Shown here: positions 1-9,390 of the stretch, one piece after another
How the letters are laid out: each line of letters starts with the position of its first letter
How positions within the stretch are numbered: position 1 is the first letter of the stretch
DNA from: a virus
Taxonomy: Duplodnaviria > Caudoviricetes
Length of the DNA: 64,000 nucleotides
Reading direction: 5' to 3' (one strand)
Virus record (IMG/VR): IMGVR_UViG_3300020281_000001
Span: 1,442-65,441 of that record
Position numbers and translations under genes: made by a program
The notes under the pieces: model-generated
The model's database searches: none
Told to the model about the DNA's origin: nothing
The model's input: the letters and a program-made list of their open reading frames with translations, nothing else

Positions 1-2
1 GT

Positions 3-677
3 GCAATAGCAGATTCTAGCATACAAGACACTGGTAGTTTAGTTACTATTAGTAATCCTACAAATGTTACAGGAAAAATAACAGCACAAGCAGATTTAGA
101 ACTTGATGCAGATTTAATTGATATAAACGGAAACACAGGTACAGCTGGTCAATTATTATCATCACTTGGTACAGGTAATGGTGTTGATTGGATTGATGCT
201 CCAGTTAGTTATACTAATTGGGTATTAGAAGGAGATAATGTAACAACTGTAGATGTAACAGATGGTTTACGTGTAGATTTTCAAGGTGATACTGGAATTA
301 CAACAAGCGTAACTGCTGGTACACCTAATGTACTTAAAATAGATTTAGATGACACAGCTGTTACACCAGGTAGTTATACTAATGCAAGTATAACAGTTGA
401 TCAACAAGGTAGACTTACAGCTGCATCAACAGGTTCAGGTGGTGGGTTATCTACAAGAACAGTAATGAATTTTACAGGTGATGGTAGTGATACGGGTTCA
501 ACTGGAACTTTTGCATTAACACCAACACCTTCTAGTACAGCTTACACTGATGTATATATATCAGGTGTTTATCAACAAAAAAATAGTTATTCTTTAGCAA
601 ATGGAAACGAAATAGTTTTCAGCGCAGCACCACCTGTAACAGCAACAAATGGAATAGAAATAATTATATACTCATAA
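3..677 (+). CDS. Tail fibre protein, 5'-truncated by the window edge
   Basis: The frame of the listed 465..677 ORF is open from position 3 (AIADSSIQDTGS...NGNTGTAGQLLSSLG...VTPGSYTNASITVDQQGRLTAASTG). The G/T/S-rich repeats and C-terminal VYISGVYQ module are typical of fibres. Confidence 0.8.
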   Translation, partial: AIADSSIQDTGSLVTISNPTNVTGKITAQADLELDADLIDINGNTGTAGQLLSSLGTGNGVDWIDAPVSYTNWVLEGDNVTTVDVTDGLRVDFQGDTGITTSVTAGTPNVLKIDLDDTAVTPGSYTNASITVDQQGRLTAASTGSGGGLSTRTVMNFTGDGSDTGSTGTFALTPTPSSTAYTDVYISGVYQQKNSYSLANGNEIVFSAAPPVTATNGIEIIIYS

Positions 678-2381
678 ATGGCCATTACTAAAATAACAAC
701 AGATAATATAGATCTTAGTGGTAACACTACAGCTTTAACTTTTCCTTCAGGCGGCACTGTTGATGGTAATTTAAATGCAGTTGATTTTCTTATTGTAGCT
801 GGAGGTGGTGGGCTTGGAAGAGCTGACCAAGGTTGGTATGGCGGAGGCGGTGGAGGCGGAGGCTTTAGAACTTCTATATCTAGCGATGGTAATGGAGGTG
901 GACAAGCCGCTGATAATGCTTTAAGTCTTTCCACAGGTGTTGCTTATACTGTAACTGTTGGTGCTGGTGGTGGCGGTGGTGTAGGTGGCGATACTCCAGG
1001 AACTACAGGTGGAGATTCATCAATATCAGGATCAGGTATATCTACTATAACATCTAAAGGTGGAGGCGGTGGAGGTACATATGACCCCGGTACAAATAAA
1101 AATGGTTTAGATGGTGGTTCCGGTGGTGGTGGTGGTGGTAATGATGGAATTACTACTGGAGGTGCTGCATTAACAAGCCCAACTATTATGGGTTACGCAG
1201 GAGGTGATCACCCTGCAGGTAGTGGAACAAGTGGTGCTGGAGGTGGTGGTGCTGGAAGCGCAGGTCAAGATGGTGCGCAAGGATCTGGAGGAGGAACTGG
1301 TGGAGCTGGCGGTGCTGCTAAAGCTTCAAACATTACAGGTTCTGCTGTATATTATGCCGCTGGAGGTGGTGGAAGATATGGTTACTCTAGTCCAGTTAAT
1401 GGAGCTGCTGGTGCAAACGCAACTGGTGCAGCTAATTCTGGAGATGGTGGAACTGCTACAAGCGCCTCTGGTGACGGTAAAGCAGGTATAATAATATTAA
1501 AATATAGTTCAGCTTTTACAGCAACATACTCTGCAGGCGCAGGTGGTTCAGCTAATGCAGAGGTAACAATAGGTAATAATAAATATATAGAAATAACAGG
1601 TGGAACAGGTACTGTTACTTTTTCAGGTACAGAAGTAATCGGTAGACCAGGTGCACCTACAGAAGGAATATTAAGAGATAATGTAACAACTGGTGCTTTA
1701 GAGTTTTATAATGGATCTATATGGAAAAAAATAAGAGGTACACTTGTAAGAGCTTGTACAACATCAACGTGCAATTATCCTACAGGTGCTGGATGTCAAG
1801 CTTTATATCAATTTAATGATAATATAAATGACACTTGTGGAAATTATAATGGTGTATCAAGCAGTAATATAACATATGCAGCTGGTAAATATAGTAATGC
1901 AGCACAACTTAATGGATCAAGTTCTAATATATTTTTACCAGATAATTCTAATTTTGATTTAACAGCATCTCAAAGCATAAGTTTGTGGATTAACTCTAAT
2001 AACTCAGGTAATGCTTGGTTGTTTCAAAAAGGTAATCCTGAATCTTATGGACTTTGGACAAATGGTTCTATTTTATATTTTACATTATATAATCCTTCAT
2101 ATTCACAACTTACTACTTCATCAATTACTCTTAATACATGGTATCATGTTGTATTAACTGTTGATTCTGCAGGAACTGGTTGTATATTATATTTAAATGG
2201 AGTTGTAGCAGATTCAAACACTTTTGGTTCTGCTGTAAATACTAATACTAGCGATGTAAGAATAGGATCATATCAAGGTGGATCACTTTTTTGGAATGGA
2301 GCTATAGATCAACTTAGATATTTTAATACAACTTTATCTTCATCTCAAGTAACAGAATTATACAATGAAGTAGGGTGTTAA
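678..2381 (+). CDS. Virion fibre/receptor-binding protein: glycine-rich domain plus C-terminal LamG/ConA-like domain
   Basis: VDFLIVAGGGG...GGGGGG Gly-rich block; LamG-like tail (WYHVVLT, LYLNG, WNGAIDQLRYFNTTLS). Confidence 0.8.
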   Translation: MAITKITTDNIDLSGNTTALTFPSGGTVDGNLNAVDFLIVAGGGGLGRADQGWYGGGGGGGGFRTSISSDGNGGGQAADNALSLSTGVAYTVTVGAGGGGGVGGDTPGTTGGDSSISGSGISTITSKGGGGGGTYDPGTNKNGLDGGSGGGGGGNDGITTGGAALTSPTIMGYAGGDHPAGSGTSGAGGGGAGSAGQDGAQGSGGGTGGAGGAAKASNITGSAVYYAAGGGGRYGYSSPVNGAAGANATGAANSGDGGTATSASGDGKAGIIILKYSSAFTATYSAGAGGSANAEVTIGNNKYIEITGGTGTVTFSGTEVIGRPGAPTEGILRDNVTTGALEFYNGSIWKKIRGTLVRACTTSTCNYPTGAGCQALYQFNDNINDTCGNYNGVSSSNITYAAGKYSNAAQLNGSSSNIFLPDNSNFDLTASQSISLWINSNNSGNAWLFQKGNPESYGLWTNGSILYFTLYNPSYSQLTTSSITLNTWYHVVLTVDSAGTGCILYLNGVVADSNTFGSAVNTNTSDVRIGSYQGGSLFWNGAIDQLRYFNTTLSSSQVTELYNEVGC

Positions 2382-2391
2382 AAATTAAAAT

Positions 2392-3330
2392 ATGGCAACA
2401 ACAAAAGTAATAAACGATCTTATTGATTTAAATCAGACTGGTAATACACAAGGTTTAAAAGGTTGTGTAGGAACAACAGCTCAGCAACCAGCTTCAGATG
2501 AAGGTGCACTTAGAACAAATACAGATTTAACATCAGGTAATTCTAATAGTGCTATGCAATTTTATAAAAACCCAGGTAATTTAACAAATACTGGATGGGT
2601 TACACTTACTAACAACGATATAGTTCCAGATCCTGTAACAAGTAGTTTAGAAGTTTATTTAAGTGTGTTTGATTCTACATCTACAGCGAATTTTACAAGC
2701 GGTACTAATGCAGCAAATACTACATGGGTAGATATATCAAGTAGCGGTACAAGTAGAGATGGTTATTTTGATGTATTTAGTGGAACTAATGCATTTGATT
2801 GGGATGCTACAAATAAAATAATAACAACTAACAGTACAACAAAATTATATCACTCTATGCCAAGTGGTTATGGAAGTAGTTTTACTACAGAACTTTGGTT
2901 TAAAATACCAGCATCATCAACTGATGGTTATGTTCAAAGCGATACTCAATATTATTCAGCTGGTTATGCAAACTACATACAAGCGCCAGGTGGTGCTGAT
3001 ATGCAATGGGCTAGTTATACTGGAGGACCTGATTATTATAATCCAGGTATTGATGTAACTACTGGAGTTTGGCATCAACTAGTGATGAGTTATGATAGCA
3101 ATAGTAGATATGGTTGGATTGATGGCGCATTAGTTGCAAGTGATACTAGAGGATCTGGTAAAACAGCTGCAGGAGCTAATGCACAAATAAATTGGGGATG
3201 GTTTAGTTGGGCAAGTAGCACTACTTTTGTAGGTGATTTAGGAATAATAAGGGTTTATACAGATAAATTAACAGATGCAGAAGTTTTACAAAACTGGAAT
3301 GCAAACAAAGGAGATTTTGGATTAAGTTAA
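2392..3330 (+). CDS. Virion fibre protein with LamG/ConA-like domain
   Basis: FTTELWFK, WHQLVMSYD, GDLGIIRVYTDKLTDAEVLQNW; N-terminus shared with neighbouring fibres. Confidence 0.75.
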   Translation: MATTKVINDLIDLNQTGNTQGLKGCVGTTAQQPASDEGALRTNTDLTSGNSNSAMQFYKNPGNLTNTGWVTLTNNDIVPDPVTSSLEVYLSVFDSTSTANFTSGTNAANTTWVDISSSGTSRDGYFDVFSGTNAFDWDATNKIITTNSTTKLYHSMPSGYGSSFTTELWFKIPASSTDGYVQSDTQYYSAGYANYIQAPGGADMQWASYTGGPDYYNPGIDVTTGVWHQLVMSYDSNSRYGWIDGALVASDTRGSGKTAAGANAQINWGWFSWASSTTFVGDLGIIRVYTDKLTDAEVLQNWNANKGDFGLS

Positions 3331-3334
3331 AATT

Positions 3335-4483
3335 ATGGCAAACACAAAAATATTAACACCGGATTTAATAGATCTTACAGCGGTTAATAATAGCGCTGGT
3401 ACAGTATTACCAAAAGGACTTACTGCAGGAAGACCTAGCAGTCCTTCTAATGGTGAGTTTAGATATAATACTACAAATAAATTAATAGAGTTTTATGATG
3501 GTGTTCAGTGGGTAGAACTTAGTGATACTATTTATGCTGATAATTTTTTTAATACAGTATTATATGGAGGTACAGGTTCTGCTCAATCTATCACAGGAGC
3601 AGGTTTTCAACCGGATTTTGTTTGGACAAAAAATTATCTTGCTACTGCTTCTCATTATTTGTTTGATAGTGTTAGAGGTGTAGGAAAAGAAATTTACTCT
3701 GATTTAACCGCTGTTGAGTACACTGATTCTACAACAGTAACTTCTTTTGATTCAGATGGATTTAGTGTAGGAACAGGCACTGGTGTTAACAATAGTAGTA
3801 ACTCTTACGTTGCCTGGCAATGGAAAGCCGGAGGAGCTGCAGTGTCAAATCCAAATGGATCTACAAGTTCAACTATATCTGTTAATACAGACTCTCAATT
3901 TAGTATAGTTAAAAGCTCAAGTGCAGCAAATTTTTTAGAACTAGGTCATGGTTTAAATGGTAGACCAGATATGATTTTTGTTAAAAGTCTTACATCTACC
4001 GCTTATTGGATGGTTTATCATAGTGCAATAGGTGAAGGAAGAAGATTAAAATTAAATGATACAGATGCCGCTACAGCTGACACATACGCTTTTCCTAAGG
4101 TAACTAATACAACTTTTAATTTTAATATTAGTAGTTCAAATCAAGAATATATTTGTTATTGTTGGAAAGCGGTAACAGGTTATTCTGCTTTTGGTTTTTA
4201 TACTGGAAATGGTTCAACAACAGGGCCAGTTGTAACAACAGGCTTTGAGCCTGCTTGGGTATTAATAAAAAATACTGCAGTAGTTAGTGATTGGGCTATA
4301 TTTGATGATAAAAGAAATACATCTAATCCTCGAGACACGGCACTTTGGCCTAATGATAATTTACAGCAAGGTACTTATACGTACGGAATAAACTTTACTG
4401 ATACAGGTTTTGAAGTTATAGATAGTGATAGTGATTTAAATGGATCAGGTAATCAAATAGTATATATGGCTTTTGCTAAATAG
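3335..4483 (+). CDS. Virion fibre/structural protein with duplicated YxGxG...GFxPxxVxxK domain
   Basis: YGGTGSAQSITGAGFQPDFVWTK and YTGNGSTTGPVVTTGFEPAWVLIK repeats, common in marine phage tail proteins. Confidence 0.7.
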   Translation: MANTKILTPDLIDLTAVNNSAGTVLPKGLTAGRPSSPSNGEFRYNTTNKLIEFYDGVQWVELSDTIYADNFFNTVLYGGTGSAQSITGAGFQPDFVWTKNYLATASHYLFDSVRGVGKEIYSDLTAVEYTDSTTVTSFDSDGFSVGTGTGVNNSSNSYVAWQWKAGGAAVSNPNGSTSSTISVNTDSQFSIVKSSSAANFLELGHGLNGRPDMIFVKSLTSTAYWMVYHSAIGEGRRLKLNDTDAATADTYAFPKVTNTTFNFNISSSNQEYICYCWKAVTGYSAFGFYTGNGSTTGPVVTTGFEPAWVLIKNTAVVSDWAIFDDKRNTSNPRDTALWPNDNLQQGTYTYGINFTDTGFEVIDSDSDLNGSGNQIVYMAFAK

Positions 4484-4485
4484 TT

Positions 4486-4512
4486 AAAAACCAAAAAAAA
4501 CAAGTAACTATA
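4486..4512 (+). promoter_or_regulatory. Candidate late promoter AAAAAC-N11-AGTAA
   Basis: Same arrangement at 21114-21134 (N10) and 59004-59025 (N11), each upstream of a rightward gene block. Confidence 0.4.
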
Positions 4513-4553
4513 TATTTTATAACCAAATGTCAAACAATTAAAACCCAAACCTT

Positions 4554-4841
4554 ATGACACTATATTACCAGACTAGTTCGTGGAGTAGTCAACCACAAGT
4601 TTCAGAAAAAACAAAAACCCTTTGGAAACATGTAGCCGAAAAGAAAAATTGGCGAATAACCCAACTACCTAACGGTTTTTATCAAACTGAATACCAAGAT
4701 CCTGAAGCTGAAGAGTGGATAGATGTAACCCGTAGAGAAACACTTGAAGGTGCAGAAGAAGCGGTAATAGCTTCTGTAGACCATTACAAGAAAAAAATAG
4801 AGTTTTTAAACGGACCAAAAGTCGTTAAAACCTTTAAATAA
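4554..4841 (+). CDS. Hypothetical protein
   Basis: 95-aa ORF with A-rich leader, first gene of the chaperonin block. Confidence 0.7.
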   Translation: MTLYYQTSSWSSQPQVSEKTKTLWKHVAEKKNWRITQLPNGFYQTEYQDPEAEEWIDVTRRETLEGAEEAVIASVDHYKKKIEFLNGPKVVKTFK

Positions 4842-4873
4842 AATTCAATAAATAAAATTAAATTTAATTAAAT

Positions 4874-6436
4874 ATGTCAGACTTAATAGTCAAAAATCTT
4901 AATTTTGGGCAGGTAGCTCAAAGTCAAGTATTTAAAGGAATTGATAAACTAACACAAGCCGTTAGCTCTACTTTAGGAGCTAGCGGTAAATGTGTGTTAC
5001 TTGAAGATGATCAAGGTAATCCTATAATAACAAAAGATGGTGTTACTGTTGCTAATTCAATAACTTTATTAGATCCAGTAGAAAATATGGGCGCAAGGCT
5101 TTTAAAAGAAGCTGCACGTAAAACAGTAAATGAAGCTGGTGATGGAACAACAACAGCCACCGTTTTAGCTCACGCTATATTAAAAGAAGCAGAAAATTTA
5201 GAAATAAATACTAGAGAATTAAAACAAGGTATAAATTCTGCTCTTATAAAAGTATTAAAATATTTAGAAAAAAATACTTTACCTGTAAAAGGTGATATGA
5301 TAGATCAAATAGCTACTATATCTACAAATAATGAACCTAAACTTGGTAAAATAATTGGTGATGCTTTTAGATCTGTTGGTCAAACAGGTGTTGTAATGAT
5401 GGAACATTCATCACTTCCTGAAACAAATGTTGATTTAGTTGATGGTGTTCAATATGATAAAGGTTTAACAAACCAACATTTTATTACAAATAAAGCTAAA
5501 AAAACTGCAGAGTTAGAAAAACCTGCTGTTTTACTTATAGAATCACCAGTTGAAAATATCAGACAAATACAGTCTGTATTAGAACATGTTATAAAAAAGA
5601 ACATACCTTTATTAATTATTGCTGATGTAGAAGCGCCTGTCATGGCAACACTTGCTATGAACAAAACAAAAGGTAATATTAAAGTTAATATTATTAATGC
5701 GCCTACATTTGGTGTTAATAAACGTGAAACATTAGATGATTTAGCTATGCTTACTGGAGCTACTGTCATCAATGAAGATCTTGGAGATGATATGGATTTA
5801 ATTCAACCTGAATTTTTAGGTAGTTGTTTAAAATCTATAACTAATGAAAAAGATACCATAATACAAGTTGGTGAACCAAATGAAGCTGTAACAAAAGCTA
5901 TTGAAGCAGTAAAAAAAGAACTCGCTAATAAACCTAATCCAGCACATGTAATAAGATTAGAAAAAAGATTAGCAAGGCTATCAGCTAAAATTGCAGTAGT
6001 TAAAGTTGGTGCAAACTCTGATATAGAGTTAAAAGAAAAAGCAGATAGAATAGAAGACGCAATATGTGCTACAAAAGCAGCTATTAAAGAAGGTATTGTA
6101 CCTGGTGGTGGTATTGCTTTGCTAAATGCTTCAGAAGAAATTAAAACAAAAAATATAGCTGAACAAGTACTTTTAAATGCTATAACATATCCTTTTAAAG
6201 TTATTTTAAATAATGCTGGTATTGATTGTAAAAGTTTACCTGAATTAATTGGTAAAATACAAGGTAGAGGATTAAATGTAGTTACAGGTGAAAATGTAGA
6301 TATGATTAAAGCTGGAATTATAGACCCATTACTTGTAACAAAAAGTGCTTTAACAAATGCTGTATCAGTAGCAACAACAATATTATCAACCGATTGTGTA
6401 ATTAATAACATAAGAACTAATGAAAGCAATAGGTAA
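4874..6436 (+). CDS. groEL: Phage chaperonin GroEL (Cpn60)
   Basis: [49 protein letters not shown] motifs; 520 aa, no GGM tail. Confidence 0.97.
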   Translation: MSDLIVKNLNFGQVAQSQVFKGIDKLTQAVSSTLGASGKCVLLEDDQGNPIITKDGVTVANSITLLDPVENMGARLLKEAARKTVNEAGDGTTTATVLAHAILKEAENLEINTRELKQGINSALIKVLKYLEKNTLPVKGDMIDQIATISTNNEPKLGKIIGDAFRSVGQTGVVMMEHSSLPETNVDLVDGVQYDKGLTNQHFITNKAKKTAELEKPAVLLIESPVENIRQIQSVLEHVIKKNIPLLIIADVEAPVMATLAMNKTKGNIKVNIINAPTFGVNKRETLDDLAMLTGATVINEDLGDDMDLIQPEFLGSCLKSITNEKDTIIQVGEPNEAVTKAIEAVKKELANKPNPAHVIRLEKRLARLSAKIAVVKVGANSDIELKEKADRIEDAICATKAAIKEGIVPGGGIALLNASEEIKTKNIAEQVLLNAITYPFKVILNNAGIDCKSLPELIGKIQGRGLNVVTGENVDMIKAGIIDPLLVTKSALTNAVSVATTILSTDCVINNIRTNESNR

Positions 6437-6680
6437 TAATATAATTATTAAACCAGAAAAAGTAACTACTGAAAAAACAAAAGGTGGTTTATTAATAGTT
6501 GAAAAAGACAGAGAAGATTTAAGATATAGAAAAGCTCAAATTGTTTCTGTTAGTGATGAAATTAAAGTATTAAAAAAAGACAATATAATATATTATGATA
6601 AAGCTGCTGGTCATGGTATAGAGTTTAATAAAGAAAAATTTATTGTTATTAAGTTACAAGATGTTGTAGTTGTATTATGA
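6420..6680 (+). CDS. groES: Co-chaperonin GroES (Cpn10)
   Basis: [12 protein letters not shown]...KTKGGLLI mobile loop; overlaps the groEL end. Confidence 0.9.
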   Translation: MKAIGNNIIIKPEKVTTEKTKGGLLIVEKDREDLRYRKAQIVSVSDEIKVLKKDNIIYYDKAAGHGIEFNKEKFIVIKLQDVVVVL

Positions 6681-7123
6681 AAAAAGTTAATGCAAGTGAC
6701 ATCAGGGATTTAAACTTATTAAAACATTATAGGTTAATCCGTAAATGGGCTTGCAGAAACAATAATTTAAACGATGCAGATTTAGAGTTATTGATATACT
6801 TTGACTGTATGGATTTATTTACTAAACAAGATTTTAAAATCGGTACTTATGCGTATAGTTGGGATAACAGGCGCTGGAACAAAATGGTAAAAAACAATTG
6901 GATTGTGACGTGGAGACAACGAAACAGAACAACACAAAAGTACAATATCTATAAAGTTTCTTTCAAGTGTAAACAACTAATTGCTAGAATGTACCGTATT
7001 ATGTTAGGTGAAGAAGATTTACCTACAAGTAAAAGAAGAAACCCTATAATGAGGGGAAAAACATACACAGATAAAGTTTTAATAACTGCAATACATAATC
7101 TTAATAAAGACAAAACAAGATGA
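6677..7123 (+). CDS. Hypothetical protein, possible winged-helix DNA-binding protein
   Basis: Basic protein with LNDADLELLIYF helix and a later wing-like NIYKVS segment; ATGA coupling. Confidence 0.55.
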   Translation: MKKVNASDIRDLNLLKHYRLIRKWACRNNNLNDADLELLIYFDCMDLFTKQDFKIGTYAYSWDNRRWNKMVKNNWIVTWRQRNRTTQKYNIYKVSFKCKQLIARMYRIMLGEEDLPTSKRRNPIMRGKTYTDKVLITAIHNLNKDKTR

Positions 7124-7464
7124 AAAAAGACGCACTTTTACAAATGGGTATGGTAGATCCAAGTAAAGAAATAAACCCCATAAGTACTGTTAATCCAAAT
7201 ATACAAACCCAACTGCCACCCCAGTCAAACACTATGGGTAGTGCTAATCCAGTTTTTAGTGATAAAACACAATTTGCTGCTAATGCAATTTATGGTAATG
7301 ATGTAAATAGACAAGCATCTATGTCTAATTTAAGTTCAATGAGTGGATTAACAAAGTTAGATGATTCTTCAGACTCTCCATTAGAAGGTAATGCTTTTAC
7401 AAAAGCTATGGCAGATACTGGTGGTGATTACGAAAAAGCACAAGAAATATTAAAAAATAAATAA
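7120..7464 (+). CDS. Hypothetical low-complexity protein, probable virion internal protein
   Basis: ATGA-coupled ORF containing an SPL motif. Confidence 0.65.
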   Translation: MKKDALLQMGMVDPSKEINPISTVNPNIQTQLPPQSNTMGSANPVFSDKTQFAANAIYGNDVNRQASMSNLSSMSGLTKLDDSSDSPLEGNAFTKAMADTGGDYEKAQEILKNK

Positions 7465-7466
7465 TT

Positions 7467-7682
7467 ATGAACTCACCACTTAATAAAGAAGGATTTCCAG
7501 AAGTACCAAAAGCAAAACAAGGTAAGTTTACTAAATGGGTAAAAAGCAACATGCCTGGTAAAGATACTTGTAGTGCTGCTTCATCAATAATGCAAAACAA
7601 AGATAAATATTCTAAAAATGTAGTAGCTATGGCAAACTATGCTAACAATTTTGGATGTAAAAATAAAAAATCAAAAAAATGA
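7467..7682 (+). CDS. Small basic hypothetical protein
   Basis: MNSPLNK...GKFTKW...ANYANNF; tightly packed in the operon. Confidence 0.7.
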   Translation: MNSPLNKEGFPEVPKAKQGKFTKWVKSNMPGKDTCSAASSIMQNKDKYSKNVVAMANYANNFGCKNKKSKK

Positions 7683-7894
7683 AACACGATCCAGGTTATA
7701 ACAAAGCAAGTAAAAACAAAAAAGTTGGTATAGTTGGAGAATCTCATATATGGGATGGCCCTTTAAATCAAACAGGTAGAATACATGGAGTAGGTTCTAG
7801 TTCAGGTATTACTGGTATGGAAGTATCTAAAGCTCCTTGTGGCCCAAATGCTTATCAAGTAAAGTTTCCTATAACTAAGTTAGTACAAGGATAA
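7679..7894 (+). CDS. Small hypothetical protein
   Basis: ATGA-coupled ORF. Confidence 0.65.
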   Translation: MKHDPGYNKASKNKKVGIVGESHIWDGPLNQTGRIHGVGSSSGITGMEVSKAPCGPNAYQVKFPITKLVQG

Positions 7895-7895
7895 A

Positions 7896-8051
7896 ATGGC
7901 AATTTCAGATATTAAACTATTAGCTATTAATGGTATAGCTCTTGCTGTATCAATGACACATATAGAAGTTTCACTTAAAATAATTCTTTTATTAGTAACT
8001 ATAGGATACACTGTATCTAAATGGGTAAAATTAAAAGACAATAAAAAATAA
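7896..8051 (+). CDS. 51-aa membrane protein (holin/antiholin-like); not in the ORF track
   Basis: MAISDIKLLAINGIALAVSMTHIEVSLKIILLLVTIGYTVSKWVKLKDNKK: two hydrophobic stretches and a basic tail; fills the gap exactly. Confidence 0.7.
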   Translation: MAISDIKLLAINGIALAVSMTHIEVSLKIILLLVTIGYTVSKWVKLKDNKK

Positions 8052-8054
8052 ATT

Positions 8055-8291
8055 ATGGAAAAAGGACACTATGGCCATTACACAGGTAATGCTAGACACT
8101 CACACACCCCAATAACAAAAACAAATGTTCATGCTGCTGAAAGAGATGATGCAGCTCATATTTCTTATTTAAAAAGAGATATTGATTATGATGCAAAACA
8201 CGGTCATAGTGATATTGACATGACAGCTGATGAAAAGCATATTTCTAAGTTGGCTGGTGATATAAAATATGATTCTAAAAAATACAAATAA
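8055..8291 (+). CDS. His/Asp-rich hypothetical protein with internal repeat
   Basis: DDAAHISYLKRDIDYD / ADEKHISKLAGDIKYD repeat. Confidence 0.7.
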   Translation: MEKGHYGHYTGNARHSHTPITKTNVHAAERDDAAHISYLKRDIDYDAKHGHSDIDMTADEKHISKLAGDIKYDSKKYK

Positions 8292-8293
8292 TC

Positions 8294-9172
8294 ATGCCAA
8301 AACAACCATTTTATAAAATAGGTAGCGTTTTTAATCAAATAGGTAATACTAAACAAGATCCAAACAAAGGTGAAGGTCCTGATTACAAAACATATACTGA
8401 TCCTAAAACAAACACAAAAGGTAAATTAGATTCCGGTAGATCTTATGCTGAAGCATATAAAATTGCTAAAGATAAAGGCTTAACTGTTCCTGGTGAAAGT
8501 CAAAAACAATATAGTGATTTTGCTAAAAAACAATTAGCTAATTATAGAGAAACAGGTGTATGGATGAGTAGAAAAGATTTAGGATTTCAAGATAGATATG
8601 ACACCGATGGTAGAAACACTACTAGTTCTTCAGGTGGAAACGCAAGCAATAAAGCTATTGATTCTTCAAGTAAAGTAAACATTGATCCTTCTAAATATAT
8701 GAAAGATTATTCTAAAAACTTAATTGGTCCTGATCCTATGAAAGTAAAAACCAACTTAACTAGTGGTAAAGAAAAAGGTTTAGTACGTAGAGCTTTACAA
8801 GGTAAATTTGAAGGTGAATTAGTTGATAAAAACTTAGCTAGACTAGGAACTGGAAGAGCTGGAAAACAATTTATAAGATCTCTAAAAAAAGAAAGTGCAG
8901 CAGAGGGAATGACTGGAAGAGAAAGAAGATTACAAAAACAATTAGCTAAAGCTACAGCTAATATGGCAGCCGCTGGCGGATCTGTAACTAAATCAAGAGA
9001 TGGTAAAGTTATAAATAGATCAAATACTGGTAATATAGGTATTAATGCTGATGCTGCTTTTAAAGGTAGAGCTAGAAGAAAAGCTTTTAGAGCTGTAAAA
9101 AGAGCAAACAGAATATCTAGTAGAATGAAAGCTTACGAAGGAGATAATTATTCTAGAGCTTTTGAAAAATAA
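8294..9172 (+). CDS. Basic hypothetical protein, possible DNA-condensing internal protein
   Basis: 292 aa with an Arg/Lys-rich C-terminus. Confidence 0.7.
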   Translation: MPKQPFYKIGSVFNQIGNTKQDPNKGEGPDYKTYTDPKTNTKGKLDSGRSYAEAYKIAKDKGLTVPGESQKQYSDFAKKQLANYRETGVWMSRKDLGFQDRYDTDGRNTTSSSGGNASNKAIDSSSKVNIDPSKYMKDYSKNLIGPDPMKVKTNLTSGKEKGLVRRALQGKFEGELVDKNLARLGTGRAGKQFIRSLKKESAAEGMTGRERRLQKQLAKATANMAAAGGSVTKSRDGKVINRSNTGNIGINADAAFKGRARRKAFRAVKRANRISSRMKAYEGDNYSRAFEK

Positions 9173-9173
9173 T

Positions 9174-9234
9174 CCCGTGTGGACTGGGTTATAATATAGT
9201 CGCGGGTGGAGAGAACGCACCCGGATCAATCGTT
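9174..9234 (+). ncRNA. Candidate cis-regulatory structured RNA
   Basis: GC-rich island with two overlapping, mutually exclusive hairpins upstream of a small ORF. Confidence 0.4.
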
Positions 9235-9264
9235 ACATGTTTTTAGATTTTTAAATATAAAGAT

Positions 9265-9333
9265 ATGAGCAAATACGAATATATATATAGAGGTATTAGT
9301 TATACTCCTAAAAACAATAAAAAACAGAATTAG
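9265..9333 (+). CDS. 22-aa peptide with YRGxxY motif (DUF4278-like)
   Basis: MSKYEYIYRGISYTPKNNKKQN with an A-rich leader. Confidence 0.55.
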   Translation: MSKYEYIYRGISYTPKNNKKQN

Positions 9334-9390
9334 AACTGTATAAATCTAACCAATAACAATAACAACAACAATAACAAAAACAAAAACAAA

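Noticed and set aside
587-934. Antisense ORFs over long genes (also 5449..5772, 5803..6429, 10940..11455, 17532..18035, 42652..43002, 48855..49292, 61864..63441)
   Set aside because: Mirror-frame shadows of biased sense codons; no leaders, no motifs, and opposite to the operon direction.
1204-1491. +1-frame ORF in the Gly-rich fibre domain (also 2864..3058)
   Set aside because: GGT/GGA/GCT runs give stop-free V/E/L text automatically; no codon anomaly or motif, unlike the accepted overprints.
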